DNA of 54,265 bases from an uncultured Gammaproteobacteria bacterium (GCA_964486995.1 CAZAOV010000008.1:1-54265), one strand, 5' to 3'. Counted from the stretch's first letter, positions 42,187 to 52,146 are shown. The notes: generated from the sequence alone by a model not told the origin. Translations and numbers: made by a program.

Positions 42187-42743
42187 TATTTCTCAATTAA
42201 ATTAAAACCAATCTCGAATGCCTGATGATTCATTTCCTTTAGTTCGGAATCGCGTTCGTACTTGTCTTTGAACTGCTTTTCCAAGGCCGCTTCAAAACCG
42301 TCCTTGCTAACATCGGGCACAAAATTCAGCATCGCACCCATGATGATCATGTTGAACGTGCGCGGTTTCTTGAGCTGCTCTTTAGCAATGGTGGTGGCAT
42401 CGATTTCATAAGGATGCCACCTGACTATAGCGGACACGTCCTTAACCAAAAACGAATTCACGATGACCACGCTGTCGTCTTTCAAGAACGGCTTAATGCG
42501 CTCCACCGCGCGTTGCGACAGGGCCACCCACAAGTCAGCCTGACCGAATTTTGGAAAAGAAATCGGCACGTCGCCAATCCGAGCCATTGCCGTAGAGATG
42601 CCGCCACGCTTCTCCGTGCTGAAGTACGGCACATAGCTCGTCTGCTTGCCCTGCACCCACGCGGCCTTGGCGATAATCTTGGCTATCGACAGTACGCCCT
42701 GACCGCCCTCGCCGGAAATAATGATGTTGTAAGTATCTGACAT
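42186..42743 (-). CDS. 2-oxoacid:ferredoxin oxidoreductase gamma subunit
   Basis: SGEGGQG, PYFSTEKRGG, NMIIMGA, N..AF..G. Confidence 0.92.
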   Translation of the reverse strand: MSDTYNIIISGEGGQGVLSIAKIIAKAAWVQGKQTSYVPYFSTEKRGGISTAMARIGDVPISFPKFGQADLWVALSQRAVERIKPFLKDDSVVIVNSFLVKDVSAIVRWHPYEIDATTIAKEQLKKPRTFNMIIMGAMLNFVPDVSKDGFEAALEKQFKDKYERDSELKEMNHQAFEIGFNLIEK

Positions 42744-42753
42744 GATGATACGG

Positions 42754-43491
42754 CTAGAATTTCCCGACCGGGAATACTTTAGCGTGTTGCTCTTCCAGTA
42801 TTTTGAAAGTGGCCTCGGCGTTATCCATGGTCTTCCAGTTCAACGGACATTGCGAAAGAACCTCCAGGAAAGCGAAGCCCTTGTTGTCCATGACGTGTTG
42901 CAACGCTTCTTTCATTAGCATGCGCAACGGCAGCTGCTGAGTAGTAATGCCACGCGCCACGAACGCGGACGGATTAACGTTGCGAATAATTTCCGGCGCC
43001 TTGATATAGTACTCGTCCGCGCCGCAGGGGGCAGTCGTTACTTCCCATCCCGGATGCGTGGTTGGCGCTTCCTGACCGCCAGTCATGGCGTAAACACCGT
43101 TATTCACTACGACAACCATTATGTTGTCGTTACGAATCGCCGAATTTAACAAACTGCCGGCACCGATCGCATATGCGCCACCGTCACCCACATACGCCAC
43201 GGCCACAGCATCTTTGTTCGCCTTGCGAAGACCAGCCATTACCGGAACGGTCCGGCCATGATGTGTTTCCACCGTATCGAGATCAAAGAAGTCCCAGGAC
43301 AGCAGGGAACAGCCTATATCAACGCCGAACGCCACTTTCTTTTGTATATCCAACTCATCAATCGCGAAGCCAAGCGCCTTTAGCACCTCCGGATGACCAC
43401 AGCCCCCGCAAAAATAGTGCGGCTTCGAAGCGATGCGAACGCATTTTGGAAACGGTGAACGAATCTCGTCTTTTTGCTTGGTATCTGACAT
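42754..43491 (-). CDS. 2-oxoacid:ferredoxin oxidoreductase beta (TPP-binding) subunit
   Basis: FCGGCGH, DIGCS, HGR, GDG...NNGVYAMTGGQ, CP. Confidence 0.93.
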   Translation of the reverse strand: MSDTKQKDEIRSPFPKCVRIASKPHYFCGGCGHPEVLKALGFAIDELDIQKKVAFGVDIGCSLLSWDFFDLDTVETHHGRTVPVMAGLRKANKDAVAVAYVGDGGAYAIGAGSLLNSAIRNDNIMVVVVNNGVYAMTGGQEAPTTHPGWEVTTAPCGADEYYIKAPEIIRNVNPSAFVARGITTQQLPLRMLMKEALQHVMDNKGFAFLEVLSQCPLNWKTMDNAEATFKILEEQHAKVFPVGKF

Positions 43492-43495
43492 ATGC

Positions 43496-44614
43496 TTAGG
43501 CCTTTAGCAGTTCGGTAATTTCTTCTGACAGGATACTGATGGAAGGTCGGTAATGCTCGGTAATAGGAACCTGGCAGTGACCGTACAGAGCATTTTTGAT
43601 AATGCGGCCGAGCTGATTATACGCCGACTCAGCCACGATAATGCGATCCGCTTCGGCCACGGCATCGCGTAGCGCATCGACCGGGAACGGGTTCAGCGTT
43701 ATCGGCCTGAATAGAGCGAACGATTCATCGCCCAAATCCTGAATGGCCTGCTTGGCGGCTGCTCCCACAATACCATGCGCAATCAGGACTGTATTGGCGT
43801 TCTTCACACCGACATACTCATGTTCCATGACGTCTTTAGCCATCTCATCCCAGGCGGCCATGATTTCGTCGTTCACGGCCAGTGTCTCCTCTTCCCGATT
43901 GAGGCAGTTCCGGAGGCAGGCGTACTCCACTCCGTCTGAATATCGCACGTCCAGTTCGGGCGACGGAATCACCTTGGCCAAATCAACTACACGTTTCTGC
44001 TCTAACATGTAGGCTTCGGTCGGAACCATCTCTATGCCGCGCTCGGACGGATCGTACAACTCCACCTCACCCATCATTTTGGCGCTATAGCCATCGCTCA
44101 ACAAAAATGTCGGGAAACGATATTTCCATGCGGTATTAAAAACCTTAATGCCATAGTCATACATCTCCTGCAAGCTGCCTGGCGAGTAGACGATGCGGAA
44201 CCCGTTACCGTTACCGCCGAAGCAGGTCAGGTTAACTTCTTGCTGAGAGTAGATGACCGTTGAAGTGGACGGACCACCGCGCTGCATGATGTAGGCCACG
44301 GTCGGAATACGCATGGCTTCGGCCATAGCAAACGCGTCCTGCATTAAGATATGTCCGGGTCCGGCGGTCGCGGTAAACGCTCGACGTCCGGCCAGCACTC
44401 CACCAATCAGCATAAAACCGGCTGCGATTTCGTCCTCAGCCTGCTGGAATACCAAACCGTCTTTCTGCCCCTGATCGCTGCAGTGCTCATCAGCCCAAAA
44501 ATGCATGATTTCCGACGCTGGGGTTATCGGGTATCCGTACATCGCATCCGCACCAGCCGCCCGGGCAGCTCGACCAGCCACTTCATTACCCATTAAAAAT
44601 TTCTTTTCTGGCAT
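43496..44614 (-). CDS. 2-oxoacid:ferredoxin oxidoreductase alpha subunit
   Basis: GNE, GYPITPASE, AEDEIAA, TATAGPG, QRGGPS, RPITLNPFP; start MPEKK. Confidence 0.93.
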   Translation of the reverse strand: MPEKKFLMGNEVAGRAARAAGADAMYGYPITPASEIMHFWADEHCSDQGQKDGLVFQQAEDEIAAGFMLIGGVLAGRRAFTATAGPGHILMQDAFAMAEAMRIPTVAYIMQRGGPSTSTVIYSQQEVNLTCFGGNGNGFRIVYSPGSLQEMYDYGIKVFNTAWKYRFPTFLLSDGYSAKMMGEVELYDPSERGIEMVPTEAYMLEQKRVVDLAKVIPSPELDVRYSDGVEYACLRNCLNREEETLAVNDEIMAAWDEMAKDVMEHEYVGVKNANTVLIAHGIVGAAAKQAIQDLGDESFALFRPITLNPFPVDALRDAVAEADRIIVAESAYNQLGRIIKNALYGHCQVPITEHYRPSISILSEEITELLKA

Positions 44615-44956
44615 AAAAACACTTGAGGGACCGGCTGTTCGCATATCCTTACGCGGACTGCCCTGCCCACAACAGTTATTCCCAATTTTTTAATAAAATT
44701 ATCCACGGCGATGGCGTGGCTCCTCAATATTATAGAAAAGCTTGGTGGTTAAAGCCAGGCAATTCGTGTGTCCATGCGGTTTTTTTCTGCAGCCTGTCCG
44801 ATATTTCTCTTATCGCATCTGATAATGCCGATTAATCATAACCGTGCATCAATGCGTCACAACCGTCGGTCACAACCGATACGCCGCAAATTTAATAATC
44901 ATTTACCCTGAATTCTATCTCGTGATGACCGTCGTCATGCTGACTTTTGGTCAACG

Positions 44957-45688
44957 TTAGTCGTTTTTGTTGTCATCGGATACATCCTTGTCATCATAGC
45001 CAAAACGATATTTGAATAAGTCTGACTTAATTGCGCCTTTGGTTCGCAAGTGAACTTCGGCGGCCAGATATTTGATGAACGTTTTAAAACGACCGTCCTT
45101 GTCTAGTCGGCGAACCGAAACCGGAATACGATGTGACTTAAGTACCCTGAACTTCGCAACCTTGCCGGCTCGTTCAACGTAATCGTGATCTTCGGCCAAT
45201 TTGATTTCCTCGTCGAAGCCGTTGATTTCATCGTGAACGGTTTTACGTGCAAAAATGCAGAACCCCGGGGCATGTGGTTTAACCGCCGATGTCACCCACA
45301 TAAAATAATTGAATCCTTCATGCAGGTACTTGTCGACTTTTTTGGTGGACAACGGCTCGACTTTGCACGTAGCTACGCCGAGTTTTCGTTTGCGGAACTC
45401 GGCGACCGTGTCTTGGATGAATTTCGGATCAGGTAAAATCACGTCCGCATCTAAAAACAGCAGGATGTCACCTTCAGCTACGGCCGCGCCGGCATTACGA
45501 CCTGCTGATGGCAGCCCACCGCCAACTATTCTGGCTCCGGCTGCCTCGGCCAGTTCGCGGGTTTTATCTTTGGAATGATTGTCCGCAACGATTATCTCGT
45601 AATCTTCCGAGGTCTGCGCAGTAATCGAACGCAAGAGAAACGGCAGATACTTCTCTTCGTTATAAGTTGGAATTATGATTGATAGCAT
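44957..45688 (-). CDS. Glycosyltransferase family 2
   Basis: SIIIPTYNEE, EIIVAD, RNAGA, FLDAD, GFDE, EDHD, VSVRR. Confidence 0.93.
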   Translation of the reverse strand: MLSIIIPTYNEEKYLPFLLRSITAQTSEDYEIIVADNHSKDKTRELAEAAGARIVGGGLPSAGRNAGAAVAEGDILLFLDADVILPDPKFIQDTVAEFRKRKLGVATCKVEPLSTKKVDKYLHEGFNYFMWVTSAVKPHAPGFCIFARKTVHDEINGFDEEIKLAEDHDYVERAGKVAKFRVLKSHRIPVSVRRLDKDGRFKTFIKYLAAEVHLRTKGAIKSDLFKYRFGYDDKDVSDDNKND

Positions 45689-45816
45689 ACGGATACATAA
45701 TAGGGGCAAAGAGACAAAGGGGCAAAACATTTCCGGCTACACGTCTTCACTCTAACTTAAGCCGCGGAGGTTCAACAATATCAGCACAAAAGGAGAGCCG
45801 CCCCGGCTCTCCTGCA

Positions 45817-46110
45817 TTAACAAGTTTCGAACTCTCGAATCGCTGCTTTGGCGAAGCCCGGATCGTGCACCGCTCTCGTCACGTCATTGAAGTAACCGCC
45901 GAGCTTTGGCCGACCTTCAAGCAGCCATAAAAAATGTGCGCGGCGATAAGCCATGACCCAAGTCTTGGGAACCAGCTTGGAATCATTGCGTAAATACTGA
46001 GCGAAGAAAGTGCCGAAATCAGCTACGTGTTCCGGCAGGTCGGGATAAATTTCAGAGAGCCGTCGCAATCGATCGCGAATATCCTTGGCGTTCGGCACGA
46101 ACCAAACCAC
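45817..46110 (-). CDS. Small hypothetical protein
   Basis: Strong RBS AAGGAGG before GTG; fills the intergenic gap; no family recognised. Confidence 0.55.
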   Translation of the reverse strand: MVWFVPNAKDIRDRLRRLSEIYPDLPEHVADFGTFFAQYLRNDSKLVPKTWVMAYRRAHFLWLLEGRPKLGGYFNDVTRAVHDPGFAKAAIREFETC

Positions 46111-46269
46111 GTCCCCTCCTTTTCATGAGCCATTACATCTTATGGTGGAACGGCAATATCAGCAAGCCGTCGCACCGTTGACCTCTTGCTTTAATGGACA
46201 AACCGGACAAAAATTTCCGCTTTTGTTCGCTGGACTAACCAGCTGTTATTCGGTAACGTCCCATAAGTT

Positions 46270-47586
46270 ATGAGATACGGGGAGCAAAAAAAATTCGAGA
46301 TAACACATATGGACCGCAAGGGGCGCGGTTGCGGTTTAGTGAACGACCGGCCGGCTTGCGCGCATTTTGTGATTCCTGGTGAGACGATCGAGGGAAAGTT
46401 TGTTGGTCGCAAAAAAGGGGTGAAAAAATTCGAGGTAGAACGGCTCACCAATCTATCGCCGTACCGAGTTAATCCGGAATGTCGGCACGCCGGAGAATGC
46501 GGCGGCTGCGCGTGGCAACACATCGATTATAGCTACCAGCTGACACTCAAACGTGATTTGATAAACGATACGCTATGCACCAATAATGTTGACCACCAAA
46601 TCAACGCGGTTATCCCCTGCCCGCATCCGTATCGCTACCGCAACCGAATGGATTACTGCGTAGGTGACCGCAATGAGGTCGGCCTGAAGAAACCCGGGCG
46701 CTGGAACCAGTACGTTGATTTGCAAGACTGCCGGCTAGTATCTGATATGGCGGTGGCGGCACTGATGGAATTTAAAAAATGGCTGCGCGAAAACCGGATT
46801 ACGCCGTGGAATGTGTTTCGTCATGAAGGGTATGCGCGGTACCTGGTGATTCGTGAGGGCAAAAATACCAATAGACGCCTGCTGACTATCGTTACTGCAC
46901 CGGGTGAATTACCGAAGCGTGACCAGCTATTGAACCGGCTTAAACCGTACGCCACCTCGATTTATCACGGCATCAATCCAGAAATCGCCGACCTATCCAT
47001 TGCGCCACAGATGGAACTGCTGTATGGCGAGCCCTATCTGACCGAAAAAATTGCCGAACGCAAATATTGCATTCCACCGAATTCATTTTTCCAGACCAAT
47101 TCGGTCATGGCGGAAAAGCTGATGGAAGTTGTGCGTGACTACGTGGTCGGTGCGGATACAAAAAAACTGCTCGATTTGTATTGCGGCGTAGGATTCTTTG
47201 CTGTCGGACTAGCCGACGCGGCCGCGGAAATATACGGCATTGAATTGGATGATGCCGCCATTCGAGCCGCGCGCAATAACGCTGAACTGAACCAAATCAG
47301 CAATGTGCGATTCGATAGCGCTAAAGCCGAATCGCTAATTTGGGAAGATTTCGGACCAGACACCGTTATTCTAGATCCGCCACGCTCCGGACTTCACCCA
47401 AAAGTTATCGATACGTTACTGGGACGCCAACCGAAGACCATCGTCTATGTTTCGTGCAAATACGAAAGTTTTATCCGTGACTGGCAATTGCTGTCAGCCG
47501 AGTATGAACTGACGGACATGAAGGCGCTAGACCTATTCCCCCACTCCCCGCATGTCGAAGTGGTATCGCTACTGCAACTGAAATAA
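46270..47586 (+). CDS. rlmD: 23S rRNA (uracil-C5)-methyltransferase, RlmD/TrmA family
   Basis: Fe-S motif CRHAGECGGC, YRNR, SFFQTN, DLYCGVG, DPPRSG, YVSC, DLFPHSPHVE. Confidence 0.93.
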   Translation: MRYGEQKKFEITHMDRKGRGCGLVNDRPACAHFVIPGETIEGKFVGRKKGVKKFEVERLTNLSPYRVNPECRHAGECGGCAWQHIDYSYQLTLKRDLINDTLCTNNVDHQINAVIPCPHPYRYRNRMDYCVGDRNEVGLKKPGRWNQYVDLQDCRLVSDMAVAALMEFKKWLRENRITPWNVFRHEGYARYLVIREGKNTNRRLLTIVTAPGELPKRDQLLNRLKPYATSIYHGINPEIADLSIAPQMELLYGEPYLTEKIAERKYCIPPNSFFQTNSVMAEKLMEVVRDYVVGADTKKLLDLYCGVGFFAVGLADAAAEIYGIELDDAAIRAARNNAELNQISNVRFDSAKAESLIWEDFGPDTVILDPPRSGLHPKVIDTLLGRQPKTIVYVSCKYESFIRDWQLLSAEYELTDMKALDLFPHSPHVEVVSLLQLK

Positions 47587-47587
47587 G

Positions 47588-47618
47588 TCAAACCCGTGTC
47601 GAAATGACACGGGTTTGA
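47588..47618. terminator. Hairpin between convergent genes
   Basis: TCAAACCCGTGTC-gaaat-GACACGGGTTTGA perfect 13-bp stem. Confidence 0.75.
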
Positions 47619-47631
47619 AGTTGGAGTTAGG

Positions 47632-47856
47632 TTAGTTTCCGACAACCGCACAATAGGTGCCGTCCGGAAGTCGAATGAACGGATGGTTGAGCATCAGTAC
47701 TGCCGAAAGGGGCTCATCCCAAGTGGTTATGCGACCGCAACGCGAATATCGCGTCACGAATAAGCGCTCCTCCTTGATTTGATGATAATATTCATGGACG
47801 CCATCTTCGATTTCCTGACGCAGGCAGTTCTCCTGTCGACCGGATTCGATTCTCAT
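47632..47856 (-). CDS. Small hypothetical protein
   Basis: GGAGG RBS before MRIES; ends near the shared hairpin. Confidence 0.5.
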   Translation of the reverse strand: MRIESGRQENCLRQEIEDGVHEYYHQIKEERLFVTRYSRCGRITTWDEPLSAVLMLNHPFIRLPDGTYCAVVGN

Positions 47857-48086
47857 AACGCACCTCCAAGGCAAATGACGCAAGCCAATAAAGTGGCGAC
47901 AGGCGACTTACGTTAAACCGAGCGTATCATCGTGATATATACGCGTCAATGCATCAGAAGATGGGTTCACAAGTTCAGGGGGCTCTAATCCGTACACATG
48001 CCGCACTGGCTCTTGGCACGCCCGTGCCACTTACCCCTTTTCAAATTAAGGTATTTCGTGTATCATGCTTGGACAATCAACAATAT

Positions 48087-48947
48087 ATGGATATAGAAAA
48101 GAAAAAATCGGGCTTCGCCGTGCTGATAGGACGCTCCAATGTGGGTAAATCCACACTTTTAAACGCGCTCGTCGGCACCAAAGTAGCCATCACCACCCCG
48201 AAGCCACAGACCACTCGCCACGCAATCCAAGGGGTAATTCATGATCAGCGCAGTCAGGTGGTTATCGTCGATACCCCAGGTATCTTTACGCATGTGCCGG
48301 ACAATTTAACCGCTAAACTGAACGAAACCGCCCGCAAGTCACTGCAGGATATCGATGCGGTAGTGTATGTCGTGGATCCCACTCGTCATGTAGGTGACGA
48401 GGAGCGCTTAATCCACGGCTTAGTTAGTGTTTCGGACAAACCAAAAATATTGGTCATCAACAAGTCTGATTCTGACGGAAAATTCGCCGATGAGTACCGC
48501 GCCTGGTCAAATGAATTTGATGCCGTATTTGAAGTGTCGGCATTGCAGGGTCACAACCTGAAGGCTCTCATGGAAAAACTGATTGAGCTGATGCCGGAAG
48601 GTGAATACATGTACCCGGAAGAACAGCTCACCAATGCGGACCGCGAGTTCCGAATTGCTGAACTGATTCGGGAAAAAACATTCTTGCGACTGCGCGACGA
48701 GGTGCCATACAGTACGACGGTAGAGGTTGACGAGGTAACGGACAGGGATAATGGAATGATGTATATCAAAGCGCGTATCCTGACCAATGCCGCGAGATAC
48801 AAACGAATGATTATCGGGCACGGGGGCAAGAACATCAAGTCAATCGGGCAAGCAGTGCGCAAAGAAATGGAAATGATCACGAACCGTAAGATATATTTGG
48901 ATTTGGACGTAGAAGTTGAGGAAAGATGGCAGGAGAGATTTGAGTAA
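48087..48947 (+). CDS. era: GTPase Era
   Basis: GRSNVGKST, PQTTR, DTPG, NKSD, KH domain IIGHGG; start MDIEKK. Confidence 0.97.
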   Translation: MDIEKKKSGFAVLIGRSNVGKSTLLNALVGTKVAITTPKPQTTRHAIQGVIHDQRSQVVIVDTPGIFTHVPDNLTAKLNETARKSLQDIDAVVYVVDPTRHVGDEERLIHGLVSVSDKPKILVINKSDSDGKFADEYRAWSNEFDAVFEVSALQGHNLKALMEKLIELMPEGEYMYPEEQLTNADREFRIAELIREKTFLRLRDEVPYSTTVEVDEVTDRDNGMMYIKARILTNAARYKRMIIGHGGKNIKSIGQAVRKEMEMITNRKIYLDLDVEVEERWQERFE

Positions 48948-49087
48948 GGCAGAAGAGTACCGAAGCAGAGAAGCAGAAGAGCGATGGAACTGGCGCATGC
49001 ACACGCCCGTTTCATCGCCCTTCATTTTTTTATTCTTATGCTCTTCTACCGCGATGCGCTATACTAAAATCACTTAACCAAAACATT

Positions 49088-49801
49088 ATGATTGAACGGA
49101 AAAACGGTGACCGCAAACAAAGAAAAATTCCGGGCACAGACGAAAAGCCGGTCGAGGAGTTCAAGGATTTTCGTGAGGGAGCAAGCTGGAAAATTTTTAG
49201 AATAATGGCTGAGTTCACCGAGGGCTTTGAGTTTTTGGCCGATCTAAAGCACGAGGTCACATTTTTCGGTTCAGCGCGAGTCGAAGAGGGTAACGAACAT
49301 TATGAAGAAGCGCGCAAACTCGGTCACCTGCTCGGCAAGGCCGGCTTCACTGTCGTCACCGGTGGTGGGCCGGGGATTATGGAAGCCGCGAATCGCGGAG
49401 CTTCGGAGGCGGGTGCCGAATCGGTAGGTCTAAACATACAGCTACCGCGTGAACAAAGAATCAACCCATACGTAAAGCACGGCAAAGGTTTCTATTATTT
49501 CTTCACGCGAAAGGTGATGCTGTCCGCATCCGCACAGGCGTATATTTATTTCCCGGGCGGTTTCGGCACGCTCGATGAACTGTTCGAAATCGTTACGTTA
49601 GTGCAGACTGGCAAGACCCAACCCATTCCAATCGTGCTGGTGAGCAAGACATTCTGGCAGGACCTGTTCAAATGGGTTAAGGACAACCAGCAGGATCGTG
49701 GCTATATTAACCCCGAAGACCTGGACCTAATACATATTGTTGATACGGCTGAAGAGGCGTTCGAGATTATCAAGGACTCGCCGGAACGACCATATTTCTA
49801 G
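49088..49801 (+). CDS. LOG/SLOG family (TIGR00730-like) nucleotide monophosphate nucleosidase
   Basis: FGSAR, TGGGPGIMEAAN, FFTRK, PGGFGTLDE. Confidence 0.92.
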   Translation: MIERKNGDRKQRKIPGTDEKPVEEFKDFREGASWKIFRIMAEFTEGFEFLADLKHEVTFFGSARVEEGNEHYEEARKLGHLLGKAGFTVVTGGGPGIMEAANRGASEAGAESVGLNIQLPREQRINPYVKHGKGFYYFFTRKVMLSASAQAYIYFPGGFGTLDELFEIVTLVQTGKTQPIPIVLVSKTFWQDLFKWVKDNQQDRGYINPEDLDLIHIVDTAEEAFEIIKDSPERPYF

Positions 49802-49808
49802 AGAATCA

Positions 49809-49837
49809 ATAAAATCGCCTAAAACTGGCGATTTTAT
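49809..49837 (+). terminator. Terminator hairpin after the LOG gene
   Basis: ATAAAATCGCC-taaaact-GGCGATTTTAT. Confidence 0.7.
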
Positions 49838-49928
49838 AATTATTCACACTTGACACAAGTACAGCTTCCGGTTAAGTTAGATTATCGTTTTAATAATCGA
49901 GACGAGGGTTTCCTTAATAAGGAGCGGG

Positions 49929-50771
49929 GTGATGCATATCGATCTTCAAAAGCTGCCTGAAGAGCTTTGTCTGCCCGACAAGGTCGCGCCGGTAATCATC
50001 AACGCCAAAGTTGCGGCGATGCGCGCATACTTCAGCTCATCGGGTTTCCGCAAGGCGGTCATCGGACTTTCTGGCGGCATCGATTCGGCCGTATCGGCCG
50101 CACTCGCGGTTCGAGCATTGGGCATCGAGAACGTAATCTGCGTTCGGTTGCCATACGGCAATCCCAAGGAAAGCTATTACCGAGCGGGCGAAATCTCCCA
50201 AAGCCTCGGCATTCCGGTCGAAAATTTGCTGACTGTCGATATCACTCGAGCAGTTGATAGCCTGACCATTGCCCACGGAATCGCACCCAAAACCGCAAAC
50301 AGGCAAGAACTTCTCCGCATCGGCAATTTTGCCGCGCGCATGCGAATGATCGAACTGATGGATGCCGCAACTGTGTATCGCGCTCTGCTTGTCGGCACAG
50401 AAAACCTGACCGAACACCACATGGCATATTTTACTATCGGTGGTGACGCAGTCAGTAACTACGAGCCATTCGTTGGTGACCTTTGGAAGGTGCAGATCTT
50501 TCAGCTCGCCGCAGCTCTCGAACTGCCCGAATCGGTGCTGAACTGCGCTCCCTCGGCCGAGCTATGGGTCGGACAAACCGACGAGGACGAGATGGAAGCG
50601 AGTTATGTCGCCATCGATATTGTTCTGCATCGACACATCGAGCGAGGCGGCGAGCACTATGACCCGAAGTATCTGTCACCCTTCGGTATAACCGAAAGTA
50701 CGTACAACAAAATCATAGCTCGATTCAACAAAATGAAGAACAAGGCCAATGCCCCGTTCATTTCGCCATAA
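49929..50771 (+). CDS. nadE: NH3-dependent NAD+ synthetase
   Basis: GLSGGIDS, GNFAARMRM, GTEN.TE, YFTIGGD, PSAELWVGQTDE; no glutaminase domain. Confidence 0.95.
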   Translation: MMHIDLQKLPEELCLPDKVAPVIINAKVAAMRAYFSSSGFRKAVIGLSGGIDSAVSAALAVRALGIENVICVRLPYGNPKESYYRAGEISQSLGIPVENLLTVDITRAVDSLTIAHGIAPKTANRQELLRIGNFAARMRMIELMDAATVYRALLVGTENLTEHHMAYFTIGGDAVSNYEPFVGDLWKVQIFQLAAALELPESVLNCAPSAELWVGQTDEDEMEASYVAIDIVLHRHIERGGEHYDPKYLSPFGITESTYNKIIARFNKMKNKANAPFISP

Positions 50772-50780
50772 TTGAAATGC

Positions 50781-50812
50781 AAAAAACCCCGAATTTAAAT
50801 CGGGGATTTTTT
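50781..50812. terminator. Bidirectional terminator between nadE and pncB
   Basis: A-run, CCCCGA-atttaaa-TCGGGG, T-run. Confidence 0.75.
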
Positions 50813-50850
50813 ATCCACATTTTGGTCCCTGGCACCTATTTAGTGGATAA
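50811..50850. repeat. Intergenic element copy 2: TTATCCACA-tttt-GGTCCCTGGCACC-tattt-AGTGGATAA
   Basis: Near-identical to 3375-3413. Confidence 0.75.
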
Positions 50851-50862
50851 CTTTTTTAGACT

Positions 50863-52146
50863 TTAGTAGACGCACTCCTCGTACTGGAAGTTGTCGGGGT
50901 TGTAGCCGAAAACGCGCTGGAAACGCGCAATCGTGTCGGTCGGACCTATTGCCTTGGCTGGATTGTCGGACAGCTTGACCGTAGGCAAAAAGTTCGATTC
51001 CACTACCTTCATGACAATCGACAGCGGTCGTACACCGAACCTGTCTTGAGCCGCAGACCCAAAATCGTTAGTCAGGTTGGTGCCCCAGCCATACTTACAC
51101 TTGATGTGCCGGCCGAACTCCTCGTTGATTGCTAAAATCACCTCGGGTGACAGTCCGTCTGACCAGACCACGGTCTTACATTTCGGATCGACATCATGTC
51201 GTTTATAGAATGAGACTACCTTCTCACCGAACGGCTTCCACGGACCGGAGTCATGCCGCAGACCAAGCCAGTTGCGAACCTGCGACGGAAGCATGTCACG
51301 GAAGAAAAAATCCGTGCCATAGGTATCGGTGAGTGCAACGGATAGGGGCTCACCGTAGAGTTCCCACCAGTCCAGCATCATCCGACCGTGTGAACGGCGA
51401 ATATCATCGTCCGAATCGCCAAACAGGCGGGAATACACCATGTCCATCTCATGGGCAAAAGTTCCGACAGGTCGCAAACCCAGCTCCATAGCCAGATGCA
51501 CGTTCGAGGTTCCGGCAAATATGTGCGGAATCTCGCCACTCATCATCATGGTCACCTCACGTTGCCAAGCACGCGACTCACGCCGACGAGTACCGAACTC
51601 AATCAGGCAATTCGAGACCAACGCATCGCTTAGTCTGCTCATGGCCAGCAGTTGAATCTTATCAGCGAGAACTCTATAGCCGAGCGGCCAAAGCTCATCA
51701 CGTTCATCTCTACCATGCTCCTTAAGCTGGTAGTGATTGTACATCTCGTTGACGACAGAAAGCACCAGCGTCTCGGTCAGCGTAACCACCGGCCACTCAC
51801 CCTCGGATTCAATGATGAAATCATTTCCACTTACTCCGAGAATAATTTCTGGCAGCTGCAGATTACCTAGGAATTCCAGATACCTGTCACGAAACATCCC
51901 ATGCGGAATATATCTGCTATGACGCAGAAACGACAACTCCTCATCTGTGACGCGAAGCTCTCTCAAGTGATCCAACTGCTCCCGAAGCGCTCCGACAGGA
52001 ATCACTTCAGGCAGGTTAACACCCCTTGTTCGACATTTGAATCGCAGCTTGACCCTTGCGCTTGGATGCCGCAGGTACTGCAGCTGCTGCATGGTGAGCT
52101 TGTAGAAATCCAAGTCGAACAGAGACTCAATTATGGTCCGATCCAT
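50863..52146 (-). CDS. pncB: Nicotinate phosphoribosyltransferase
   Basis: DFYKLTM, EFGTRRR, GTSNV, GTFAHE, TDTY, RHDSG, SDGL, GTNLTND, KLSD..K. Confidence 0.95.
   Translation of the reverse strand: MDRTIIESLFDLDFYKLTMQQLQYLRHPSARVKLRFKCRTRGVNLPEVIPVGALREQLDHLRELRVTDEELSFLRHSRYIPHGMFRDRYLEFLGNLQLPEIILGVSGNDFIIESEGEWPVVTLTETLVLSVVNEMYNHYQLKEHGRDERDELWPLGYRVLADKIQLLAMSRLSDALVSNCLIEFGTRRRESRAWQREVTMMMSGEIPHIFAGTSNVHLAMELGLRPVGTFAHEMDMVYSRLFGDSDDDIRRSHGRMMLDWWELYGEPLSVALTDTYGTDFFFRDMLPSQVRNWLGLRHDSGPWKPFGEKVVSFYKRHDVDPKCKTVVWSDGLSPEVILAINEEFGRHIKCKYGWGTNLTNDFGSAAQDRFGVRPLSIVMKVVESNFLPTVKLSDNPAKAIGPTDTIARFQRVFGYNPDNFQYEECVY

Noticed and set aside
44625-44670. SRP RNA-like CAGG..TCC..AAGGA..CAGCC on the minus strand
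   Set aside because: Spacing and tetraloop do not fit SRP domain IV and there is no long closing helix; kept only as an unspecified leader candidate
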